Positions 27,251 through 36,790 of a stretch of DNA of 64,000 nt are shown here, in pieces. The stretch is from Candidatus Magasanikiibacteriota bacterium. Its GTDB lineage: Bacteria > Patescibacteriota > Patescibacteriia > Magasanikbacterales > UBA922. The notes beneath the pieces were generated by a model that was given only the letters and a program-made list of their open reading frames with translations, was not told the DNA's origin and did no database searches. Positions within the stretch are counted from its first letter, which is position 1. Each line of letters starts with the position of its first letter. The DNA lies in assembly GCA_003510435.1 (NCBI GenBank), contig DOMK01000018.1:14121-78120 (forward strand), written 5' to 3'. The translations under genes and the position numbers were made by a program.

Positions 27251-29060
27251 CAAACAACTTTTCCACTTTCACCCCTGTATAATAATGCTTTAATAATTCT
27301 ACAAAATCAGCCCCTTCATTTTTCGCTCGCAAATTGGCATCGCGCTGACTCATACCCACACCATGACCTAGTATCTTTTTACCTTTGTCATATTCTGCTG
27401 TCACTGGCACTAACCACGGCTTATTGGCTCCACCCCAAACGCTAGAAAAGCTCTTAGTTTTGCCATTACTATTACCAAAATATGGTGTAGTCACGACTTC
27501 ATCATTATAAGTCACAAACACTCCTCGTGTAGCTTCCTGAGCCTCTACGACCATTGGTAAGACTTCTTCGGCTTCATAGCCAAGATAGAGTTGATCATAA
27601 GTATTGGCCACCACATCAAAAAATGGATATTTATTTCTTGAAACATAAACATAATTACGTGCGGCTACCAAATTCGCTTTGATAAATTCAATTGAATCAG
27701 CTCTGCCAACTTCGGCCATACCCTTTACATAATCCTCTATTAACAAATCATTAACAATATACATTTTTTTATCAACTATTCCCTGACGGTACTCCACTGC
27801 CCCACGATATTTATTAAACAATTTATTTGGATCCACCCACTTAGCTACTCGAGTATTCAAATTTGGAATATGAAAAACTGCATTGGGCTTCGTAGTTGGT
27901 TCCAGACGAATAAAATTTTCACTACTAAAATCTAAATCCCCACCTTTAAAACTATATTCACCATCATTATATTTAATAACAACAAATTTTCTTTCTAATA
28001 AAATTCCTTTTAATTCATTACCACTAAATACATTATAATCATCTTCATAAGATCGAAATTGAATAAAATTTGTTTCCGGTGCAGTTATGCCTACTCTTAC
28101 TCTTGGCTCATTTTCCAAACGAATATTATTTACTACACCATTATCTTCTACTTCAGTTTCCAATTCTGATACTTCATATTCATCTGGTGCATCAGCTGTC
28201 ACTGTAACTGGGATGTTAACTTCATCAATGAATTTTCCTTCATCAATCTCTAATTTAAATTTGGCAACATAATCACCTTTTTTGGCTGGGGTACGGAAAT
28301 AAAATGTTTCCCGTAAAAACTTAGCTGGTAAAATCTCTTCTTCTTTTTCAAATACTTTACCACTACTATTCCAAGTTCTATCTGAATAAATTTTATCTTC
28401 ATTAGTCAATTTATATTTATTCCAAGTGTTCTGACCTTCATTTTGATAACCAAGAATAATTTTAATTTGTTCTCCCCCGATAGCTGTCACCGACTTCTTA
28501 CTCAAAATTAATCTTTTAGCGCTATAACTAGAATCATTGACACTAGGCGCTATTTCATCTTCTACTGGTACTTCCACCACTATCTTTTTTGGTACAACTT
28601 TTATTTTAAAATAAAAATAGCCACTCTTTACCCAAGAATAATTTTCTGCAGCCAAATAAAATTTTTCTATATATTCTCCAGTCTTTTCTGGCGCTTGCAA
28701 ATCAATGGTCAGTTCGGCCACTCCACCTGGTTTTACTTGAGCGGATATTTTCCCAGTTTGTTTGCCATTCGTCCAATTTTTGCCTTTAAAAACAGATACT
28801 CGATCTCTTGGCTCCATAGTATAGGCAGAAATAAAACGACTACCAGAAGAATTCCAAGTAGCTGTCCCGGTATTTTTAAATTTTATTACCACGGTCTTCG
28901 TACTACCAGCCTCAATTTCAATTGGGTCAGATACTGACTGAGAGACATATTTGGCAGAATAGGCCTCGTCTTTTATCACTACCTCTGGTTCAACGGCTTT
29001 AGCTGAATTCATTAAAAATAAACTAAATATTATAGCGAAAAATATGGTTTTTTTATTCAT
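27246..29060 (-). CDS. SpoIID/LytB-domain protein with N-terminal signal peptide
   Basis: Signal peptide MNKKTIFFAIIFSLFLMNSAKA. C-terminus GHGVGMSQ...HYYTGVKVEKL is a SpoIID/LytB signature. Confidence 0.8.
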   Translation of the reverse strand: MNKKTIFFAIIFSLFLMNSAKAVEPEVVIKDEAYSAKYVSQSVSDPIEIEAGSTKTVVIKFKNTGTATWNSSGSRFISAYTMEPRDRVSVFKGKNWTNGKQTGKISAQVKPGGVAELTIDLQAPEKTGEYIEKFYLAAENYSWVKSGYFYFKIKVVPKKIVVEVPVEDEIAPSVNDSSYSAKRLILSKKSVTAIGGEQIKIILGYQNEGQNTWNKYKLTNEDKIYSDRTWNSSGKVFEKEEEILPAKFLRETFYFRTPAKKGDYVAKFKLEIDEGKFIDEVNIPVTVTADAPDEYEVSELETEVEDNGVVNNIRLENEPRVRVGITAPETNFIQFRSYEDDYNVFSGNELKGILLERKFVVIKYNDGEYSFKGGDLDFSSENFIRLEPTTKPNAVFHIPNLNTRVAKWVDPNKLFNKYRGAVEYRQGIVDKKMYIVNDLLIEDYVKGMAEVGRADSIEFIKANLVAARNYVYVSRNKYPFFDVVANTYDQLYLGYEAEEVLPMVVEAQEATRGVFVTYNDEVVTTPYFGNSNGKTKSFSSVWGGANKPWLVPVTAEYDKGKKILGHGVGMSQRDANLRAKNEGADFVELLKHYYTGVKVEKLFE

Positions 29061-29205
29061 AGATGAATATTATAACAAAATTTTAGTGATTTGAAAACAT
29101 GTCACACAATCAATTGATATTTTAGCCAAAAAATGATAAACATACAACAAAAAACCAAATAACTTTGGTCATTTGGTCTTATTAAAATTAAAATATTTAA
29201 AGCTT

Positions 29206-30180
29206 CTATTCTTTATCAATTTCATCACCAACTGCACCAAGAGTAGGTCTATCTTTACTTTCAATTGCAGGAGTACCACCAACAACCTCAAAACTGTATA
29301 CTCGTTTCAAAATCAATGCGATTACTAATTTAGCATTAATAACGCTGGGTCTTTTTTCAAAAAAATTACTTTTTGGCAAAAAATCTTGCACCAAACGTAA
29401 TATTTCAGGATCTTTGGGTTTTTCTTTTAACAGTTTAGGAATAATATCGCATAACAAATCAATGTTTTCAGTACCTAAATGGCCTAGTTTAAGTGCAAAA
29501 TCGGCTGCTTCTTTTAATCTACCCATATCTTTCAGTGCACGAGTAAAATTTTCATCTTTTCCTTTAAATTTTGTACGTTCTTTAAGTGAATGAATTTCTG
29601 CTAAAAAAAATTCCACAAAATCTTCCTCGCCTAACTTTTGAATCCTAGGCATTATAGCACATAAAAAATCAAATAATTCATCTTCACCATTTGCACCGGA
29701 TAATCTTAATTTTGGACCACCAGTCACAGCTTTTTTCAACCTTTCATAAAAACTTTTAAATTTTTCTAAAGCCTCTATTGTTTTTCCTCCTAATTTTGCA
29801 ATTTCTTCAACTGACATAAATACATCAACAAGACAGACACCCGGTGCCTGCAGATTTAAATTCCCATTTACAAAATTATCTAGAGAAGTCTCAAGAAGCA
29901 TTAAAGCTTGTTCAATTTCTCCAGCATCTTCACAATTACGGGCCATTTGTCGCATGGCTGATGCTTCATTATTAACTCTATATGACCAAGATGTCATATC
30001 TCTAGTATCTAAACCAGCAGTGCCTCCTATTGCTTCACCAAAAATATTTAACGCTTGCTTATCAACAGATAATTTTAAGTCATCACCAGACTCTGGTTTA
30101 ACTAGATCACCAGCTTTATCACCAGATTGTCCAACTACTTCTGCTGGTGGTAATATAAAGGGTTTTCTTTCATCTGTCAT
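29206..30180 (-). CDS. Hypothetical acidic protein (324 aa)
   Basis: Long intact ORF; no known domain. Confidence 0.5.
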   Translation of the reverse strand: MTDERKPFILPPAEVVGQSGDKAGDLVKPESGDDLKLSVDKQALNIFGEAIGGTAGLDTRDMTSWSYRVNNEASAMRQMARNCEDAGEIEQALMLLETSLDNFVNGNLNLQAPGVCLVDVFMSVEEIAKLGGKTIEALEKFKSFYERLKKAVTGGPKLRLSGANGEDELFDFLCAIMPRIQKLGEEDFVEFFLAEIHSLKERTKFKGKDENFTRALKDMGRLKEAADFALKLGHLGTENIDLLCDIIPKLLKEKPKDPEILRLVQDFLPKSNFFEKRPSVINAKLVIALILKRVYSFEVVGGTPAIESKDRPTLGAVGDEIDKE

Positions 30181-30347
30181 ATAAATATTGGTTATAAATT
30201 TATAATTATTACAATAATATTATGGAATATTTTTATATTAACATAATGTATATAAAAAAACAAGATTATTGTAATCTTAGAGAAAAAATGATAAACTGGA
30301 CATACACATACAAAATATAGCGGACAAAATACAACCTGTATGTTGAT

Positions 30348-31799
30348 ATGTGTATTTTGTATATTGTTAATATGACTACAACCAGAACAATCGCCCACAA
30401 TACAATTTACCAAATAATTGGCAAAATATTCTCCACCGCTTTAGGTCTTTTGGCCTTGGGTATGATGACCAGGTACTTGGGCCAAGAAAAATTTGGTTGG
30501 TATATTACGACCATGGCTTTTTTGCAATTTATTGGTATTATGATAGATTTTGGCTTAATTCCAGTCACCTCCCAAATGATGAGTGAACCTGACCATGATA
30601 AAACCAAATTATTCAAAAATTTACTAGGCTTTAGATTTGTAACCGCCATTATTTTCTTAGCATTGGCTCCAGCCATTGCTTTATTTTTCCCCTATAATGC
30701 TGAAATAAAAATCGCGATTGCCATTAGTACTATTACTTTTTTATCAGTCGCCATAAACCAAGTCTTACTGGGTTTTTTTCAAACTAGATTAAAAATGCAT
30801 ATTCAAGCAATTGGCGAAAATATTGGTAGGATCGTTTTGGTGATTGGACTTTGGTTAGTAATCAAACAACAAATGGATTTCATTTCTGTTATGTGGATCG
30901 TAGTTTTAAACAGTGTGGCTTATACCGCTTTTCTATTGTTATCAGCCAAAAAATACACCCCAATATCTTTTGGCTTTGATTGGTCAATTTGGAAAAGTAT
31001 CATGACAAAAATGTGGCCCATTGCCATTTCCATTATTTTCAATGTGATTTATCTCAAGGGCGATACTGTTTTATTATCTATTTTCAAAACTCAAGCTGAA
31101 GTTGGTCTCTATGGTGCGGCTTATCGCGTAATAGATATTTTTTCTCAGACTGCTATGATGATTATGGGTGTTATGCTCCCACTGATGGCATATAATTGGT
31201 CACGCGATATCAAAGACCATTTTAAAAAATATTATCAAATGTCTTTTGACATTCTCATGCTCTTGGCTGTGCCAATTTTGGTAGCTTCTATAATTTTGGC
31301 TGAAAAAATAATTTTATTAGTTGGTGGAATAAAATTTGTAGGTGCCACACCAATTTTACAGATTTTATCTTTAGCTGTTTTTGGTCTTTATCTTGGGGCA
31401 GTCTTTGGTCACACCGCAGTAGCCATTGATAAACAAAAACAAACCATGTGGATTTACATTTCTGATTCTATTATTACTCTTACTGGTTATTTAATATTTA
31501 TTCCCCTCTATGGTATGTACGGCGCGGCCTGGATGACAGTATTTTCCGAACTCTATGCAGGAATTTTATTATGGTTTGTAATAAAAAAACATACAAAAGA
31601 AAAACTAAAATTAAATACTTTTGGAAAGATTATTTTTGCCAGTCTAGTGATGGGAGCCACACTTTTATATTTAAAACAATTAAATATTATTGTGTTAGCC
31701 ATAATTGGTATTGTCGTCTATGGTTTAATATTAATCTTGACCAAGGGAATTTCTAAACAAACGATTTCAGAAATTATTTCTATTAAAAAAGATGTTTAA
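30348..31799 (+). CDS. Polysaccharide biosynthesis protein, MOP/Wzx-type flippase
   Basis: About 12-14 TM segments; the true start is possibly the Met at 30372. Confidence 0.75.
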   Translation: MCILYIVNMTTTRTIAHNTIYQIIGKIFSTALGLLALGMMTRYLGQEKFGWYITTMAFLQFIGIMIDFGLIPVTSQMMSEPDHDKTKLFKNLLGFRFVTAIIFLALAPAIALFFPYNAEIKIAIAISTITFLSVAINQVLLGFFQTRLKMHIQAIGENIGRIVLVIGLWLVIKQQMDFISVMWIVVLNSVAYTAFLLLSAKKYTPISFGFDWSIWKSIMTKMWPIAISIIFNVIYLKGDTVLLSIFKTQAEVGLYGAAYRVIDIFSQTAMMIMGVMLPLMAYNWSRDIKDHFKKYYQMSFDILMLLAVPILVASIILAEKIILLVGGIKFVGATPILQILSLAVFGLYLGAVFGHTAVAIDKQKQTMWIYISDSIITLTGYLIFIPLYGMYGAAWMTVFSELYAGILLWFVIKKHTKEKLKLNTFGKIIFASLVMGATLLYLKQLNIIVLAIIGIVVYGLILILTKGISKQTISEIISIKKDV

Positions 31800-32700
31800 A
31801 TTAAAACCAGAAACAATTGGAACGATTTTTATTTTACTCGGCAACATCTTGTACGGAGCGTTTATTGTAATCGTAAATCAAACCACCAAACAAATTCAGC
31901 CATTATTTTTTGCTTCAATTTCTGTTCTTATCGCCAGTTTGACTACTCTAGTCTATGCTTTTTACAAGGGTAAATTAAAAGAACTCAAAATACGCAAGAG
32001 TTATTATCCAATTTTAATGACCACATTATTTATTGTAATAATTCCTTTCACTTTATTTTTTATTGGGGCTAGCAAAACATCTGGTATCAATTCTTCTTTA
32101 CTCCTCTTATCTGAAATCATTTTTACTGTCATTATCACCCCATTTTTTGGCGAAACAACTTCTCTTTATAAAATTCTTGGCGCGGGTGGAATTTTTTTAG
32201 GAGCAATTTTTATTTTATATAATAATAATTTTAAAATAAATATTGGTGACATTCTTATTATATTAAGCACCTTAACATTCCCCTTAGGAAATTTTTATGC
32301 CAAAAAAGCCCTTAATTTAGTTTCTTCAGAAATAATTCTTTTCATCAGGTTTTTATTAGGTGGTCTAGTTATTGGTACTCTTTCCTTAATGTTTGAACCC
32401 ACAAACTTAATCAAAAATTCAATTGTAAATCATTGGCCAATCATTTTATTAAATGGCATATTACTATTAAGTGTTAGCAAAATGTTTTATTATGAGGCTC
32501 TGAAAAGAATGGACATCTCAAAAACCATTTCACTTGGTATGACCTTTCCCATATATAGTTTGTTAATTCTAACTATATTTTTTAAAGAAGAAATAACTCC
32601 ATACAAATGGATTGGTATAGCTGTAATGCTAATTGGTGTATATTTCACCATAAAAAGAAAATCTGTTGATCCAAAACTAACCAAATATGCTCACAACTAA
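31792..32700 (+). CDS. DMT-superfamily (EamA-like) transporter
   Basis: 10 TM segments, two EamA-like halves. Confidence 0.7.
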   Translation: MFKLKPETIGTIFILLGNILYGAFIVIVNQTTKQIQPLFFASISVLIASLTTLVYAFYKGKLKELKIRKSYYPILMTTLFIVIIPFTLFFIGASKTSGINSSLLLLSEIIFTVIITPFFGETTSLYKILGAGGIFLGAIFILYNNNFKINIGDILIILSTLTFPLGNFYAKKALNLVSSEIILFIRFLLGGLVIGTLSLMFEPTNLIKNSIVNHWPIILLNGILLLSVSKMFYYEALKRMDISKTISLGMTFPIYSLLILTIFFKEEITPYKWIGIAVMLIGVYFTIKRKSVDPKLTKYAHN

Positions 32701-34174
32701 CACAATACTGTTTACTGTTTACTGTTTACTGTTTACTTATCTGGCCTGGAAAAATTTTCCCTGGGGACTTTATCTTTTCTTTTTTCTTTTACCAACCTAT
32801 TTAATTAGATTTAATATTGGCCCATTACCTACTACCTTATTGGAAGTTATGCTGTGGATAATTACCATAATCTGGCTAATAAAATATCATTCACATATCA
32901 TATACCACATAACACATACCACAAAACAAAATAAAATATTATTTATTGGAATCGCCGTATTTCTATTATCCGCGACAGTATCTATCTTTACTTCCACAGA
33001 CGTTCGTTCGGCACTCGGAGAATGGAAAGCCTTTTATATTGAACCAATAATATTATTTTTAATTTTGATAACCACTTTTAACCCTAAAAATTACCCACCG
33101 GAACAGACTCAACTGGATCAAAAGATCAAAAGATCAAAAGATCAATTTTCTGTCCGATCTTCCGATCTTCCGATCTTCCGATCTTCGATTATCAACCACA
33201 TAATCTTCGCTCTAATTCTATCCGGACTAATTACTTCAGTATTAGCAATATATCAACACTTCACCGGCTGGATGGTACCATACGCCTTTTGGCAAAACCA
33301 AAACACATTTCGTGTCACAGCTTGGTATGGTTTTCCCAACGCGGTCGGATTATTTTTGACACCACTTTTTCCGTTAGCAATATATGGTCTGAAAGAAAGC
33401 ATAAAAAATAAATCTTTCAATCTTTTCCCGACAGAGTACGGGATCCCGTATTATATCGGGACAATCTTTCAATCTTTAATAAAAATTATTCTTTATTCCT
33501 TATTCCTTATTTTATCTCCACTAGCAATACTATATTCAAAAGGTACCGGTCCACTCATTGGACTTGTCGCTGGCATTGGCATATTATTACTATTTTACAA
33601 AAAAACTCGCTGGCCAACTGTTATTTTAAGTCTAATTTGCCTTTCAAGCCTTTTTAGCTTTTCCAGCCTTTCAAGCCTGAAGAATGAGGTTCTTCTCCAA
33701 GATCGCTCTGGTCAAATTCGTTTATCTATTTGGAACGAGACTTGGCAATTTCTTAAAGACAACCCTATTACTGGCGCTGGTCTAGCTTCCTATCAAGAAA
33801 AAATCAAACCTTATCACACAACAGTTAATGGTGAAGGCATAGAAATTTTTCATCATCCACACAATATATTTTTGACTATGTGGATTAATCTGGGTCTATT
33901 AGGTTTAGCAAGTTTTATTGGAATTTTAGTTTCCTTATTCCTTATTCCCTGCCTCACCGGCAGGCAGGCTTATTCCTTATTCAAAAAAAATGAAAACATC
34001 CCAATCATACAATACTTTCTAACTGCTTCTTTAACAACGATAATTGTCACTGGCTTAGTCGACAGTCCATATATCAAAAACGATCTCTCAATTTTATTCT
34101 GGCTTTTGCCAGCTTTATTAATCATGAATTCGTCCAAATCACAATCAGTGAAATCTTTAAATAAATCAACGTAA
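32687..34174 (+). CDS. O-antigen ligase / Wzy_C family membrane protein
   Basis: HHPHNIFLTMWINLGLLGL motif (H.HN....E.G..G of O-antigen ligases); many TM segments. Contains several in-frame repeat elements. Confidence 0.7.
   Translation: MLTTNTILFTVYCLLFTYLAWKNFPWGLYLFFFLLPTYLIRFNIGPLPTTLLEVMLWIITIIWLIKYHSHIIYHITHTTKQNKILFIGIAVFLLSATVSIFTSTDVRSALGEWKAFYIEPIILFLILITTFNPKNYPPEQTQLDQKIKRSKDQFSVRSSDLPIFRSSIINHIIFALILSGLITSVLAIYQHFTGWMVPYAFWQNQNTFRVTAWYGFPNAVGLFLTPLFPLAIYGLKESIKNKSFNLFPTEYGIPYYIGTIFQSLIKIILYSLFLILSPLAILYSKGTGPLIGLVAGIGILLLFYKKTRWPTVILSLICLSSLFSFSSLSSLKNEVLLQDRSGQIRLSIWNETWQFLKDNPITGAGLASYQEKIKPYHTTVNGEGIEIFHHPHNIFLTMWINLGLLGLASFIGILVSLFLIPCLTGRQAYSLFKKNENIPIIQYFLTASLTTIIVTGLVDSPYIKNDLSILFWLLPALLIMNSSKSQSVKSLNKST
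32706..32733 (+). repeat. Tandem heptanucleotide repeat (tactgtt) x4 in codons 7-16 of the Wzy ligase gene
   Basis: tactgtttactgtttactgtttactgtt; unit length is not a multiple of 3. Confidence 0.7.
32891..32920 (-). repeat. In-CDS copy of the gtgttatgtgg..gatatgtga interspersed repeat
   Basis: rc is ggtatgtgttatgtggtatatgatatgtga; 22 of 25 positions match 27219-27243. Confidence 0.45.
33116..33186 (+). repeat. Inverted pair of 8-nt tandem repeat arrays, (gatcaaaa)x3.5 then (cgatcttc)x4, inside the Wzy ligase CDS
   Basis: Period-8 arrays that are near reverse complements of each other; eight GATC sites in 71 nt. Confidence 0.7.
33426..33465 (+). repeat. Two REP-like hairpins inserted in frame in the Wzy ligase CDS
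   Basis: tcccgacagagtacggga plus atcccgtattatatcgggacaat; the second is about 88% identical to 13595-13617. Confidence 0.5.
33948..33968 (+). repeat. GC-rich palindrome cctgcctcaccggcaggcagg flanked by direct repeats cttattccttattc
   Basis: Related to the 12793-12810 palindrome; flanks ttccttattccttattc / cttattccttattc. Confidence 0.4.
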
Positions 34175-34235
34175 TCAACGTTAAACCAATAATACAATTC
34201 CGTATAATCCTTTAATTCCTTTTAATCCGTGTCTT

Positions 34236-34520
34236 ATGTCAACCTGGAAAACCCCTCAACTTAAAAGTTTGTCCCAAGCAATAGCCCTACTAGACAATGA
34301 AAAAGATGTTACAAATTTTTTACGTGATCTCTGCACTTTGGAAGAATTAACCGAGATATCACATCGTTGGGAAGCAGTCAAAATGATAAGTAATAAAAAA
34401 ACTTATCGGGACATTGCCACCAAAACTGGTATGAGTACAGCCACTATCACCCGCATTGCTCGCTGGTTAAAACATGGTGAGGGCGGTTATAAAAAAACTT
34501 TAGAAAAACTGGCCAAATAA
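34236..34520 (+). CDS. TrpR-like YerC/YecD family protein
   Basis: KTYRDIATKTGMSTATITRIARWLKHGEGGYKKTLEKL matches the YerC family signature. Confidence 0.75.
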   Translation: MSTWKTPQLKSLSQAIALLDNEKDVTNFLRDLCTLEELTEISHRWEAVKMISNKKTYRDIATKTGMSTATITRIARWLKHGEGGYKKTLEKLAK

Positions 34521-34801
34521 GCCAGTTTTTTAGTATAAATTAATTTAAAGATTAGTGCCGATTCGTGTTAAGATTAGTGTTTATCCACAGACCTACTTGA
34601 CAAATCATTTTATTTGTATTAATATGTTAATACAAAGATATGAATAAAAAAACCCAACAAAATTCAAACCATCACAAAATAGACCTCAGATAAAATTTTG
34701 AAGAAGTTTTATTTTGAGGTCACCTAGAATCGCCAAACAAGCGGTTCTTTTATTTAACCTGAGTGAGTCCGAATGGACGATTTAAAGGGTTTACTCTCCG
34801 C

Positions 34802-34820
34802 CTCCCGATTAAATCGGGAT
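34802..34820. repeat. Palindromic repeat ctcccgattaaatcgggat upstream of hisG
   Basis: Same family as 12765-12785 and 13577-13596. Confidence 0.5.
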
Positions 34821-34859
34821 TGCGGGCAGACTTATTCCTCACTCCTTATTCCTTATACT

Positions 34860-35480
34860 ATGACTAATCTAAAAATAGCAATTCAAAAAAAAGGCCACCT
34901 TAGAGACGAGAGTATATTATTTCTTAATTCTTTAGGTATAAGTTGTCAACAAAAAAACAACCAACTGATTACCAAATGCCCTAATACCAATATAGAAATT
35001 ATATTTCTTCGTGATGATGATATTCCAAATTATGTAAATAAAAATCTAATTGATTTTGGTATTATTGGCGAAGATGTGATTAAAGAAAATAATAATCAGA
35101 CTAAACTAGTAAAAAAACTTGGCTTTAGCAAATGTCAACTAGTCATGGCTAGTCCTAAAGATAGTGACATAAACAGTATAAATGATCTACAAGGTAAAAG
35201 AATTGCCACTTCTTATCCCAATATTCTAAAAAAATTTCTTGATTTAAACAAAATTCAGAGCAGTATAGTACAAGTCTCTGGTTCAGTTGAAGTGGCACCA
35301 TGCTTAAACCTGGCTGACGCAGTCTGTGATCTTACTCAAACTGGTAATACTCTGAGACAATGTGGTTTAGAACAATTTACTACTGTCTTAAAATCAGAAG
35401 CAGTACTAATTGAAAACAAATTAATAAAACCAGAAAAACAGAAACTTTTAGATCTTATAAAACAATATGCAAATAGTTAA
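34860..35480 (+). CDS. hisG: ATP phosphoribosyltransferase (short form)
   Basis: MTNLKIAIQKKGHLRDESILFL...; about 206 aa. Start at 34860 rather than the listed ORF start at 34773. Confidence 0.85.
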   Translation: MTNLKIAIQKKGHLRDESILFLNSLGISCQQKNNQLITKCPNTNIEIIFLRDDDIPNYVNKNLIDFGIIGEDVIKENNNQTKLVKKLGFSKCQLVMASPKDSDINSINDLQGKRIATSYPNILKKFLDLNKIQSSIVQVSGSVEVAPCLNLADAVCDLTQTGNTLRQCGLEQFTTVLKSEAVLIENKLIKPEKQKLLDLIKQYANS

Positions 35481-36765
35481 ATTAGCACAATTTAAAACCA
35501 CAAAACGCTACAAAATTATAATGAAACGTAGTTGTCAAAATTATGATGCACTTTTTCCTATGGTAAAAAAAATTATGAATGATATTGAAAAAAATGGCGA
35601 TACCGCTATAAAAAAATACACCAAAAAATTTGATGGGATAAATATTGATAACCCAAAAGTTAGCACAAATGAAATTAAAACTGCTTACAAAAAAGTTAGT
35701 AAACAATTTCTAACAGCACTAAATCAAGCCATATCAAACATCACTGCCGTACACCAAACACAATTACCAAGTTCTGCCGAAAAAATAGTTAAACCTACAC
35801 CTGGTATAAAAATCTGGAAAAAATGGCAATCAATAGAACGAGTTGGTCTTTATGTCCCCGGTGGAAAAGCCCTTTATCCTTCTTCGGTTCTAATGAATGG
35901 TATACCAGCTAAAATTGCCGGCTGTAAAAATATTTCTATTATTACTCCACCCCGAAAAGATGGCACGATTGCACCGGAAATATTAGTAACAGCTAACATG
36001 ATTGGTATAAAAAATATTTATAAAATTGGCGGGATTCAGGCAATTGGTGCTCTCACTTATGGAACCGAAACCATACCAAAAGTAGATAAAATAGTGGGTC
36101 CTGGCAATGCTTATGTAACTGTAGCCAAAATGATTGGTCTCATGAGTGGTAAAATTGCTATTGACTCTCCAGCTGGACCATCGGAAAATTTAATTATTGC
36201 TGATAATATTGCTAATCCAAAATTTGTCACCGCTGATCTAATGTGTGATATAGAGCATGGTGGTGATTCGGCTGCCATTCTTGCTACCACTTCAAATAAA
36301 TTAGCCGAGGAAGTGAGGCGACTAATTAAAAAAGAAATCAATAAATTTAGTACTAAAAATTATATCAAACAATCAATAAAAAAATACAGTCAAATTATAA
36401 TTGCAAATTCTATCAAAGATTGTATTACTTTTGCCAATGACTACGCCCCAGAGCACATTCAGATTATGACAACCAATTCTAAAGCAATAGCAAAACAAAT
36501 CACTAATGCTGGATCAATCTTTATTGGCAGTTATACTTGTAAATCAGCTGGCGACTATGCTACTGGTGCAAACCATGTACTACCAACAGGTGGCTCAGCC
36601 AAAATGTTTTCTGGATTATCAGTCTTGGACTTTGTCCGTCTGGTAGAATATCAAACTTGTACTAAACAAGGCTTAAAAAATATTAAAAAAACCATTGAAA
36701 CTTTTGCTGAGGTAGAAAATCTACCAGCTCACAAATATTCTTGTTCAATTCGATTCAATCAATAA
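35467..36765 (+). CDS. hisD: Histidinol dehydrogenase
   Basis: 432 aa; GDTAIKKYTKKFD and conserved Zn/NAD motifs (HGGDS, DYA.G.NHVLPT). Confidence 0.9.
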   Translation: MQIVKLAQFKTTKRYKIIMKRSCQNYDALFPMVKKIMNDIEKNGDTAIKKYTKKFDGINIDNPKVSTNEIKTAYKKVSKQFLTALNQAISNITAVHQTQLPSSAEKIVKPTPGIKIWKKWQSIERVGLYVPGGKALYPSSVLMNGIPAKIAGCKNISIITPPRKDGTIAPEILVTANMIGIKNIYKIGGIQAIGALTYGTETIPKVDKIVGPGNAYVTVAKMIGLMSGKIAIDSPAGPSENLIIADNIANPKFVTADLMCDIEHGGDSAAILATTSNKLAEEVRRLIKKEINKFSTKNYIKQSIKKYSQIIIANSIKDCITFANDYAPEHIQIMTTNSKAIAKQITNAGSIFIGSYTCKSAGDYATGANHVLPTGGSAKMFSGLSVLDFVRLVEYQTCTKQGLKNIKKTIETFAEVENLPAHKYSCSIRFNQ

Positions 36766-36790
36766 TTACTTGTAGTGAGTTTATCGAACT

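Noticed and set aside
33116-33186. Possible CRISPR array (tandem repeats)
   Set aside because: Units are 7-8 nt with no unique spacers; they lie inside an intact CDS; no cas genes in the window. Simple-sequence repeats, not CRISPR.
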